Below are positions 48,938 to 60,600 of a stretch of 64,000 bases of DNA, in pieces; position 1 is the stretch's first letter, and each line of letters opens with the position of its first letter. Location of the stretch: NCBI GenBank assembly GCA_002269645.1, contig NIVC01001165.1, positions 220,261 to 284,260 of the forward strand, written 5' to 3'. The notes below the pieces were generated by a model. That model did not search any database, was not told the origin of the DNA, and saw only the letters and a list, made by a program, of their open reading frames with translations. The translations under genes and the position numbers were made by a program. The stretch is from Macrostomum lignano. Its lineage: Eukaryota.

Positions 48938-51900
48938 TCAAATCTGCAGCATCAGCCGCACTTCACAAAGAGACAGCCAGACAGGGCGAGAGTACCAGCA
49001 CATATAGCTGTGATCTGTTATCTTCCATCGACAAGAAAAAACTCCGTTAGGGTTGAAGTTATGACAGAAGTTGAACCACCAGCCTCCCTTTCCCTGTTTT
49101 TTTGAGCATGAGTAAGTTGCTTTGTCATTGTCCCTGTCCATTGTGGAGAACCGCATGCCTTTGTGGCGCTCCAAAGCGTCAAAGCTGGCACTGGACCTGT
49201 CACTCAGCATCTCTCGGTACTTCATCCGATACCCAGTGCTGGCGTCTCCCACCTGGAATCCCGCGTACTCCGCATGCAGCTCAGAGCCGTTCCACAACTT
49301 CATCTCCACTCTGAGGGTGGCGCCGCCCTGGCTGAGCGAGTGGATGGCGGAGAGACCTGCGGGAGGAGAGCGGCTGAGTCTGAGTCACGTCTGCTCGGCT
49401 TGTCGCCGCTGCTGTCAGGTGAGTGGCATTTCAAATGAAAACGCACAGGGTGTTACACTGAAGATAGTGCAGATAAATTCAGTTAAAATTTAGCTTTTTT
49501 GTGATGACAATCTGGATTAATGCGCAAATGAATTCTGCTGATTCATATATAGCTATGATTTTTTGCGATGATAAATTGAAAATACCAGTTATTGTGCTCC
49601 CGTTCTCCCGCAGCTTCACGCTCATGCACCACATGCATCATTTTGGCTTACTAGACTTTAAAAATTTACCATCTCTCTGCATTTATATTATTGCCTGAAG
49701 ATGCCGATTGTTCGGCGAAACATGTCGCACGAAGAATAATACCGGTAAATTGTAATTTGGCATTATTAAAGAAAAAATGCGAATGTTCGAATTTTTGCTT
49801 TCGTTCCCCAGGCTTTTCATGGCAATTATGGTTTAATATTTTTTGGAGATCCAGACCAGGGACAACTAAAACCCTCGGGACGCGAAACGAGCCAATTCAT
49901 GGCAAAAAATCTGAGGGGCTTGCTTAAAAGTATTGTTCTATGGCTTTTTCAAGTCTTCTCTGCTATCAGGCATTAACGGTTAGATTAAATAGTAAAGCGA
50001 GGCAATGTCGAGTATTTAATTTAAAGAATAGGAACCAGTGATATAACTACAATGTATTTACAATAAGGTAACCGCCATATCAACAAAAAACTCCAACGGC
50101 AAGAAGATAAAAGATGAAAGCGAAGATGAAACTCCAACGGCAAGAAGATAGAAGCAAATACGGTACTCCAAGGACAAGACGACACAAACAGTCAGTAGCT
50201 CGTACATAAAGGAAACGCTGGAACTTCACCTACTGAGCATCTAACTTCCGAAGCTTTCTATCATGGGATGTCGTCGGTATTGGTGGGAGTTTTGACGAGC
50301 GTCTTACTGGTCCTTTGAAAAAAACGTTGGCTAGCCGACGGGACACACTGTCCATGCTGAACTGTGTCTTAGTTGGAAAGTAAAAGTCCTTAATAACATA
50401 AAACAGCTTCTGCACGCGAGTTGCGCACGTAGGAGAGTGCAGAATAAAACTGCTGTAGCAGAGACAGGATAAGTCTAACAGCCATTGTGGAGGATGACAA
50501 AGCTTTCCAGGTAAACAAGTAAACATCTTCGTTCAGAATAGCTGTGTTCAGTGCATGTCGAGATACGACATCCGAATTTTTCACCTCAGCTCGAAAACTT
50601 TCCCATGCCGGCAAAAAATCAAGCAGCTGAAAAGCGTCCATCTCATCGATGTCGCCGCACCTCGCGTCAGAAAGAACACCGCGCTTTTCGGCCTGTCGGT
50701 CCTGGTCTAAAATAAGAGTAAAAATAAAAGTAAGATAATTGTGAGCGGCAAAATCGATATAGACGCTAAGTGTTGAGCAATCTTTAAGTTACGTACCTTG
50801 GTTCTGAACAAAACACGAGCTAGGAACTCCATTAAAAACAGAAGGAGGATTAATTGGCCTTTCGGTAGAGTTTTTCTTGACCATTGGAGCATCGCTTGGC
50901 CAATGCTTTACGCACACGCCCATATTGTCAGTCACTCTCTATAATAATTAATTTTGGGTTCCAAGTTGTTTGGACGAGACTGGCATGCAGAATTGAAGCG
51001 GAATTATGCAGCAGTAATGACAGCAAATGATCTGGTTTCTTACCTGGAGAATATTTGGCAGCGCCTTTCTCCATCGCTCTCGCTCCTGAGGATCTCTGGG
51101 AAATGCAAATGTCCGTGTTCGAACGGCTTCAGAGTTGTAATTTGACGAGCACGGAAATACGCTGCACTTTCTTGGCATTTCATCAAGTGAATAAAAAATG
51201 CTTCTCTTGATATAGTTCAGCTTAGCTTCACTGATGGCCGCAGCTAAAGCAATTTTAATTTGCCTGATAGCAGAGAAGACTTGAAAAAGCCATAGAACAA
51301 TACTTTTAAGCGAGCCCCTCAGATTTTTTGCCATGAATTGGCTCGTTTCGCGTCCCGAGGGTTTTAGTTGTCCCTGATCCAGACAAAGGAAAAATGTGTG
51401 TATTTGAAATGCACCTCCATGGTCTTTCTTCTGTCAATGCTTGAAGCGAGCGATACCAACTCAGCCACTAACCGATTTTTAACCAGGTAACTCCTTCGCA
51501 ATACTTTGGTTTCACTTGAAACATGCAAATAAATATACTTTTTGCAGCCCATTTGGGCTTACGCGCATCGAATTTAATCCAAGATATGTTTGTCAAAGTA
51601 ACAGAGCTTTTGTCTATGGTAGCAAGGCTGGCACAGCGGCATTTAATTTGGTCAACAAGCATCAATTTGGTCCATTTAGTTCATTTGCAGCTCAGTCCTA
51701 GAATTGTGGACCATATGCTAGGCTGTTGAACGAATGTCATTGGCTTGTGATCGAAGCACTCGACGGAGGTGAACACCCAAAGGACATTGCAAGGTTGCTG
51801 AATGTAAAAGAAAAGGTGGTTTACAGCATCCAGCAGCGCCTTGAAACTCTGCCGGCAGAGATTGCCTGCGAAAGGGTGGCAATTGCCAAGGAAAGTTGCT

Positions 51901-54219
51901 CGAGAGCCTCAGGTCCAACTGCTACTCGATGCAGTGGAGACGAACCCTTTGTTGACGTTTCAGAAAATGCAGCAGAAGTTGAGGGAACAGCTCCAGTTGG
52001 TTATCAGATTTCGACTATCAGCAGAGCTCTGGAAAAGCAACTGAAAATTTTTGGTAGAGACGCTGACATTCCAGCGGTGCGCAACAACCTGCAGACGGTT
52101 GAGAGAAGGCAAGAGTTTGTCCAATGGCTCACGAGTGTTTGGACCAAATGGATGCTTTTTGGACCAAATTAAATGTCGCTGCGCCAGCCTTGCTACCATA
52201 GACAAAAGCTCCATTACATTGGCAAACGTATCTTGGATTAAATTAAATGCGCGTAAGCCCAAATGGGCTGCAAAATGCTATATTTTATGTTCATGGTAAA
52301 ACTCAAAATCATCTAAAAACATGGTGGAGTATGGATTCAGGTCTCCTGAAACAAAAAATAAAAGAATTGATGGTCTCATCTTTTTGTCGCACTCGATAAT
52401 GGCAGCAGCCTCCAGAACACCAGTGATCCTGATGACAGTAACATGTTTTTAACTTTTAAAAAACATTTTTAATCAGCTGAGCAGCCAATCCTTCAATCAA
52501 CATTCCATCATCAGTTGAATGCATTCCGCCATTCACTTAGAATGAGTCACCTAGCCTTCGTTTAGAAGAAGCGGTTCAAAATCTGCTCCCACTACTGACA
52601 CACAATATTAGCTGGTACAAAACTGCCGCCCACCGATCCAGAAGTCAGTGCCGTCACCGAACCCAGTCTCGTACTCAGTCCAGCTTCGTTGGAAACTCAC
52701 TATGCCAGTAAGTCGCTGCTGAATCTTCAGGAAGCAGCGACCGTCTGGCTGCAGTTGAACCGCACTGGAAGAACCCGCTGTGCGCTGAGCAGAGGCGCAT
52801 TGCAGTCTGGCGCAGGATTTCAAACTGGAGCAGCTGGCTGCATCTTCAGACGCTTTCATTCTCCATGATGAAGTGATTCGGCTGGACTTGGAGAGGCACT
52901 GCTCAGCAACCAGCGATGTCACCCGCCACTGCACGTGTCGCCACAGGTCAGCGGGCTCCGCCAAAAGTGCAGTCCTGAATTTAGTAAAAATACATAAAAT
53001 TATTTTATACGTGCAAAAACGCGCTTTGATAAATAGATCGTGAAAAGAAAATCTTTATCGACAGCAAACACGCTGACCTGAGTTTGCGGCAACTCCTCAA
53101 GTTTCCGCAGAGCAGCCGCAGCTGAGCGGACCTCCAGTCTGCCGACGCCATCAGCGGACCGACCTCGAACCGAGCACTCAACGAAGAGCTCACCGATCTC
53201 TCAGCAGTCCACAGCCGCATGAAATCGACCGAGCGAGGCGACAAGTCGGCCAACTGAGTCCTCACAGCATCGCGTGTGGCCTCATCTTGCAGCACCAGAT
53301 CCAGCTTCAGGTAGTGCATGTCTCGGCTGTAGTCATACCTGACTGACTCGCTGCTCAAGCTGGAGATGTTGTGGCACAGAAGAGGCTCGATGAGGAAGTG
53401 GCCCTTGATGTCGAGTCTCTGGTGCACTCGGGCTGAGCAGTTCTCGAGATTGACGGTGCGGATGAATTTCAGCTGTCGGCATGTCGGCAGAGGGGAGAAT
53501 CTTTGCCGGTGCAAGTCCAGATCGAAAATGCTGTCGTTTTGCAGCAGGACGCGGCTCTGAACCTCATGACAAGATCCGTTTGAAACGATAAAAGCTGATA
53601 TCTTCACTTTTTCAAGAGCCTCTTGTGGTGAGCTTCCAAAGTCATCACTGCGCTTCAGCTGGGTATTTGCTGACTGCCAGTTCTGCAGCGAAAAACTTTT
53701 GTGTACCAGTTCTGAAACTGAAACTCCGCTTGGATTGTTCTTTGAAACAATCATTTTAAAGCCGAGTCTCAGAGTGGCTACTGGCTCATTCGGAGTCCAC
53801 AGGAAGCTCAAAACCCGAACCGATGAGCGGGTGTCGGCTGAGACGCTGATGTTGGTCACCGTGGCGAAGCTCACAGACCTCGGTGACAGATGCCGAAGTT
53901 GAAACTGAGCCTCTGCAAGCATCCCAGCATCCTTCATCAATACAGGAACGCTGAAGTACAGTTGCTGGGTGATGAAGTCGAATCGGGGAACAATGCCTCT
54001 CAGGCTGTCCGTCACGCACATGAGCGGCTCGACTGCCAAGTGCGGACCGTCGCTCGCTCCCGTGTCGTGCACGAACAGCGCGCAGCCGTTCACGCTGAGC
54101 TGCGCCACGAAGCGGAGCCGCGGAGAGTCAGCGGGAGCGCACTGGGAGACCTGGCCGGCTGCCAGCGAGCAGAGCAGCAGAGCCAACGCTGCAGAAACTC
54201 GCAACTGAAAGAGCTGCAT
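48938..54219 (-). CDS. Secreted fibrinogen-domain (FReD) protein, paralogue 2, 3 exons, about 633 aa
   Basis: Exons 54219-53078, 52974-52634, 49356-48938; phases 2/1 consistent, all GT-AG; same motifs as paralogue 1. Confidence 0.88.
49857..51376 (-). mobile_element. Non-autonomous THAP-containing DNA transposon (P-element-like), 1520 bp
   Basis: 116-bp TIRs starting CAGGGACAAC (one mismatch); perfect 8-bp TSD ATCCAGAC; internal THAP exon 51178-51044 MPRKCSVFPC...FAFPRDPQERERWRKAL|GT; degenerate ORF at 50230-50700. Confidence 0.9.
51538..52278 (+). mobile_element. Internally deleted Tc1/mariner (IS630-like) element
   Basis: About 125-bp imperfect TIRs, TA at both flanks, absent from the homologous FReD-1 intron (about 42640). 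Frameshifted HTH-like N-terminus IARLLNVKEKVVYSI...STISRAL...RNNLQTVERRQEF; no DDE core. Confidence 0.72.
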
Positions 54220-56104
54220 GGCTCGAGATGCAAGCGCCGGTTGACTTTATTTTGCTTTGATTTGCAGAATGGAGTTCTGATGCGTCTGGTAGTGTGTGGA
54301 CGCAGCGAAGTCAGAAGCGAAATGCGGGCTGTGCGCTGCACCGGCTTATATAGAGCTCACACAGGGTTGGGGGGGGGGACTGATGCCGTCTAATACTGAA
54401 AGTCGCAATGACGTGACTCAGTCGAAGACAGTGCATCCGAAACCTTTGCTACAGTGGCTAGATGTTTCGAAAATGAGTCTGCATACAGTATGCTAGCCGC
54501 CTGCTATTTCATAAAAGTTGTTTTTCTCTACTTTCGAAATTATCGATCTTTTTTCAAAGCTTATCTCTACCCCCCCCCCCCCCCTGTTCTCGAGCTAAAC
54601 CGTTCTGCATATGAAAATTATTGAATAACGGCTTGGTATTTAGCGAGAATACGAGCGTAGGCCACATAAAAATGTAGCCAAAGTAAATGAATCCAAAGTG
54701 AGCTGTGGTTAGGTTCGGAGAGCAATAAGTAAAGCTGAAAAAATAAGGTGCCTGAAACAAGTAGAGGTTGATGACTATGAAGCATAAGCATGACAAGAGT
54801 GAAAAAGCCACCACCCATTCCGGATGCCTGGCAAAGAGAGATGACGTCAGCGCCAGCTGAGGTACCAGACCGAGCCAGTTGGCTCGACTGTGCCAAGCAA
54901 AGCAAGACGGCGACAGATCGGGCCGACCGGAGAGTGAGGAGCAGCGACCGACCCCAAGGAGCATAGCAACTGAAGAGCTCGAACGGCGGTCCGATGCGCG
55001 CGAAAATTGTACTGACTGGACGATCCCTAATCACTTTAACCTAAAATAGTCAAAATAACTGATATCAAATGACTTCTCCCGCCCTGTAGAAGGATCACAT
55101 TTAATCTAATATAATTTAGGGACTATTGTAGGGCCATTTAGAAAAGGATTTAGGTTTTTATGCTAGGAAATTAGGAAATTTACGGTGTTATCAAAGCGTG
55201 GTTGAGTTTATAGCAGTTCTGTACAGCTGAGAACTCTTGCAAAAAGCCACAAAGCCACATTAACTTGATGACGGCATTGTAAAGGGTGAGTGCAGGCCGC
55301 CCTAAAAGTCTTTGGAAATTATTTGAAGCCGGGATTCAACCTGGGGAAACTTGGTTGCGTGGGGAAAACTTATAAATAATGCGATGGTTTGACATATATC
55401 CTACTCGGGTCCTTTTGAAACTTCGCAATAGCAATCCTACTCGCTTAAGGTTTATTGTGTCTCTTTTCTGCTCTCTTCTCTCTTCTTCCCCTCTTCTTCT
55501 CTCCCTTCTTCTCTATCGTCTCTCCTCTCTTGTCTCTGTGACACGACACACCGGTGTCACTGATGTCAGAGTAATTGCACAGATGTCACGTCTTAAAAAA
55601 ATTTGGCGTTGTTTTACTCGGCTGAATGAAATAGGACGACAAACATATTTGGGCAAATACTTTTCAGTTATCCAAACTTCTTTGGTCATCTTGAACTCTC
55701 TCACTTAGCAGAAACTATCTTATGCCCTTTTTTATTTCGTTTTAAAATATTCCGACAACATTGCAAGTAGACAATAAATTATTAATACGAGTACAAAGTA
55801 CATTTCAACAAAGGGACAACAACAATCCAGAACTGAATGAATTGTACACGTACACAAAATTAATTAATGCACTTTATAATATTATAAGCCTTGATGTGAA
55901 AAATAAATTAACCGCAAATAGCTAATAATTTAGACTGTCCTTAAGATAAATCCTGCACGTTTTAAAGATACGCAAATAAATTTCGAGCGTATGTTGAATT
56001 ATCAAACTTCCTTATCGTTTAAGTCCTACTTTCTAGATCTTCCCATTAAGTTTAAGCCTAAAATTACTCAAAATTACTCAGAAATTCTTGAAATAAACTA
56101 TTCG

Positions 56105-56340
56105 TGGTATTTCTTCAGGTGGTGGCCATTGATCGCTGTACATTTCCCTCTCGACTCTCGAGTCCGTACAGGTTGTTGCTTAGGACGACACGTTCGACCG
56201 TGTATATCTTGGTACACCACGGTGTCTTCAGTTTCGCCGCCTTTCCGATCGGCACGGACAAAGTTCCGCAGCAGCACCTTGTCACCACCGACTTTAAAGC
56301 TGAGGCTGCTGGCAGACGCGTACTTCTGAATCTGAACGTA
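56105..56340 (-). mobile_element. Gypsy/Ginger-type integrase C-terminal remnant
   Basis: Across two frameshifts: FKVGGDKVLLRNFVRADRKGG / KLKTPW..IYTVERV...NLYGL...G / INGHHLKKY. Confidence 0.6.
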
Positions 56341-57656
56341 CTTTGAAATTTCGTTAACAGACTCGCGGACAAGAATGCGCGCTTATAAAAGATTCGGCAG
56401 TATTCATTTACGTGATATCAGATCACGGCTAAAACAGTGATTATTGACTCGCTGACCTACGAAAGAAAACTAAGTAAAATTAACGCAACTTCGGGTAAAC
56501 GGCAGGAGTAACTATGGCTATTATTACGGCTAATTATGTCTTGTTATCTAATTAGCACAATGCAAGCTACTCAGCAAAACTGAAAAGTCGCCTCTATGCG
56601 CCAGTGAGCAATTTCTCTGGGACTAAATTGAAATAAAAGATGCCACAAAACTGATCGGTGTGGCTTTAATCCGTCCAAACCTCGCACACCGCTCCCCACT
56701 TCATTCCTCAACTCAAGTCTGCCTTGAGAGACTTTAGCTGCACTCTACGACCTTACCACCACAAAGGGAATCTTCTGTGATGGCGACTTTTCCAGATTGT
56801 GATAAAAACACAAGAAAAAACACTTGCCGACTGGTTTACAGTTAATCTTTCAGCAAAAAGCTATATAGTAGAAAAAATGTGGCGCTAAATCAGCTACTTA
56901 GCAAGTAGTCAGACAGACATATATCTATATATTTACATGCTTATATTCGGAAAAAAATCTTGTTAGACAAAAATTCGAAAATATAATCTAGGGGAAGAAA
57001 AGCAATAAAACTGAGTGCACCCTAGGCGAGTCTAAAAATAGCATTTTTATCATTTCATGTAAGAAGTCGAGCCCTCACTTTAATTGACGAGGCCAACCAT
57101 AAATTCAATCCAAGATTCAATCCATGCTTTGAAGATTGTCTATGGCCAAAACCGGGTATGGGAAGAACAGCTGAACTCGGACTTAACGGCTGTGTCCTTG
57201 AGGTCAAGATAATTGAGGGTGTTTTGACCATAGAAAAAAGCAGAATCCCTGGTTGAATCTGAATGGCAGTGCTTTAATTAAAATAAACGCTCAATCGATT
57301 TCTTAGATAAAATGAAAAATGCTACACAATTTACAGCTATAAACTAAAAAGCTGCAGTTACCGCACAGCTAGCTCTACTTATAGTAGGCAGCGGTAATCT
57401 AAAAAAACAGTATTTGTTGGAGCTATCACAGCACTGAAGTTTTGAAAAAAAGAAACAGCTGCTGGCAAAAGGCCAAAAAGCAGATGGCTGCAGAGTTTAT
57501 TATTGAGCAAAAACTATAAATATAAAAGTTTTCTAAAAATACGACACAAAGGCGATGTTCGAATGTAATTAAGGATAGGGATTTTCCCAAAACTACTTAA
57601 AGTAGGAAGACCAAACAAAAAGAAAAACAAAAAATAAAAAATCAACATCAAACCAA

Positions 57657-60600
57657 TCAGAAAACATCCTCCTCCTCAGTGTAGACTTCGACATTTTTAG
57701 TCAGCCGTGGTCGGTTTTCTGTTGTCGACACCGCCGTGGCAGGTCGATCTCGACGACGTCTGACGGCTGGAGGAGCGGCGGCCAGGACCGACAGACGCTG
57801 GCGGTTGGGCGAAATGCCGGTCGGCGACTTGGCTGAGGAGGGCGGCCAGTCCGACACGCTGGCGGGAGCGGGCGACGGAGCCAGTGACCGGCCAATGTCC
57901 GATGCAGCATCCAGACAGGCCTGCTTGAGCTTTATCATGTAGTCGGAGTGAAAGTGGCCGTCAGAGTAGTCCAGGAACCGCTTGTAGTCCGTCTGCAGGC
58001 TCTGGAATTCGCCCTCCACGTTGCGGCTCGTGTCCAGCAGGTGCTCAAAGTTTTTGTACAGGTCTTTGTACCTGCGGGCGGGGCGCGTTTTGAAGGCCGA
58101 TGTATGCCGACAGTTAACTGAGGTGAGAGCAGGACTGGCACACAAAAGTACATGTGGCTGTCTCAGCGTACTGCAGAGCGCACTGGGGTCAGTGATACGC
58201 AGAGCAGCATAGAAAAAGTCAGCCCAGCATCCTCAGCTTCATCTGCCACAGCTAGGGAACGCCTCAGACAGCTATTTGCGAATTAAGCTGACTGGGAGCT
58301 GTCCGTGGATTTGAACACTACTGCAGCTTAGTAGTATCTGAGACTCTGTGAGCGATCTGAGCCCCAGCCCCACTAGCTACTCACACTACTGCAGCTCAGT
58401 AGTATCTGAGACTCTGTGAGCGATCTGAGCCCCAGCCCCACTAGCTACCCACACTACTGCAGCTCAGTAGTATCTGAGACTGTGAGCGATCTGAGCCCCA
58501 GCCCCACTAGCTACCCACACTACTGCAGCTCAGTAGTATCTGAGACTGTGAGCGATCTGAGCCTCAGCCCCACTAGCTACTCACACTACTGCAGCTCAGT
58601 AGTATCTGAGACTGTGAGCGATCTGAGCCCCAGCCCCACTAGCTACTCACACTACTGCAGCTCAATAGTATCTGAGACTGTGAGCGATCTGAGCCTCAGC
58701 CCCACTAGCTACTCACACTACTGCAGCTCAGTAGTATCTGAGACTGTGAGCGATCTGAGCCCCAGCCCCACTAGCTACTCACACTACTGCAGCTCAGTAG
58801 TATCTGAGACTCTGTGAGCGATCTGAGCCCCAGCCCCACTAGCTACCCACACTACTGCAGCTCAGTAGTATCTGAGACTCTGTGAGCCCCGCAGCGGACA
58901 GCCGCAGACACGCAGGCCGCGAGTCTCTGAGGCAAAAATGCCGCACAGGGCCACCAACCGTCTGCCACAGAAGGAAAGCCTCGCTCGGCCACTGGGCGGA
59001 GCTGCTGCTGCCGCGGTGCCGGCAAGGGGCAAAATGTGGCCCATTACATCATATCACAATATACTCATATCGATAAACAGAAAACCCCAGCTTCTCACTT
59101 TATCATCCAGGACTCAACTTCTTCACGATGCCGCTTCCTGATGGCTGTCAGCTCTTCGTTGAACAGCTGTCGACACTCCTTCTTGGTCTTGTCCACCGTG
59201 TGCTGCTCGCGACGCTCGAAGGCCACCTGGGTGGCGTGGATGGTGAAGCTGTGAGATGATGGGGAGGCAGGGAGATGCTAGGGAGACAGGGAGATAATGA
59301 GGAGGCAGGGAGATGCTGGGTAGACAGGGAGATGCTGGGGAGGCAGGGAGATGCTGGGTAGACAGGGAGATGCTGGGTAGACAGGGAGATGCTGGGGAGG
59401 CGAGATGATGGAGAGGCAGGGAGATGCTGGGGAGGCAGGGAGATGCTGGGGAGACAGGGAGATGCTGGGGAGACAGATGGTAATGAATTTTCAACAGAAG
59501 CTGTTTTTATTTCTGATCCCAATACACCAGCTAACTGAGGGTTAAAGCAAGTGCAAAAAACAATTAAATTTTACTGTACATGTCTTCCCGTAATGGCAGA
59601 TTGCGCAATGAACAGGAGGGAGGGGAGAACGCAGCGCAGCATAGTGGGGCGTTGCTTCTCTTGCTTTATCTGCCACTGCCACACATAGAGAACACCTCAG
59701 AAAGCTATCAGAGATTTGAGGGTTGAAGCTGACAGAAAGCTGTCTGTGGACTGGGTAATTTTTTTAAATCCAGAAAAGCGTTTTTACTGGATTTTCGATA
59801 CATATCGGCAGAGTAAATTGGGTAATTGATAATGTTGTCAACGCACTAAAACGTGTGGTATTAGGTATAACGTAAATAACACTGCTCCACTACAAGGCTC
59901 TTTAAATAGCTAGCGTACTAACCACGACCAGTTAGCTTAATCTGCTTTACCATAACGATAATTTATGCAAGATATCCAATATTTGCACTGTAATGTGGCT
60001 GTCTCAGCGTACTGCAGGGCGCACTGGGGTCAGTGATACGCAGAGCAGCATAGAAAAAGTCAGCCCAGCATCCTCAGCTTCATCTGCCACAGCTAGGGAA
60101 CGCCTCAGACAGCCAATTTAACAATGCAAGCTGACTGGGAGCTGTATGTGGACTGACTAACAGAATATTAAAAAAGAAATCATCAGTCACAACCAAAACC
60201 TATGGACCACGATAGATATTAAAATGTTAAGGTGGACAACAAGAAGAACATCAAGAACAACAACAAGAACAACAAGACAGGGATGCCACAGGTGGACACA
60301 GATATCACCGATGGACACATGGATGTCAGGGTGGACACAAGAATGCCAGAGTGGACACATATCACCGATGGACACATGGATGTCAGGGTGGACACATATC
60401 ACAGATGTTCACAAGGATGTCACGGATGGACACAAGAATGCCCCAGGTGAAGACAAGGATGTCAGGGTGGACACAAGAATGCCCCAGGTGGACACAAGGA
60501 TGTCAGGGTGGACACAGATGTCACCGATGGACACATGGATGCCACAGATGGACGCAGAGATGTCACCGATGGACACAGGGATGCCACAGATGGACACAGG

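Noticed and set aside
22770-54219. DDX39 next to fibrinogen-domain genes as proto-MHC synteny (BAT1/tenascin-X)
   Set aside because: The FReD genes are not tenascin-like and FReDs are widespread; two markers are not enough.
26670-57150. Recurring CCATAGAC/GTCTATGG motif as transposon termini
   Set aside because: Could not pair the copies into elements with TSDs.
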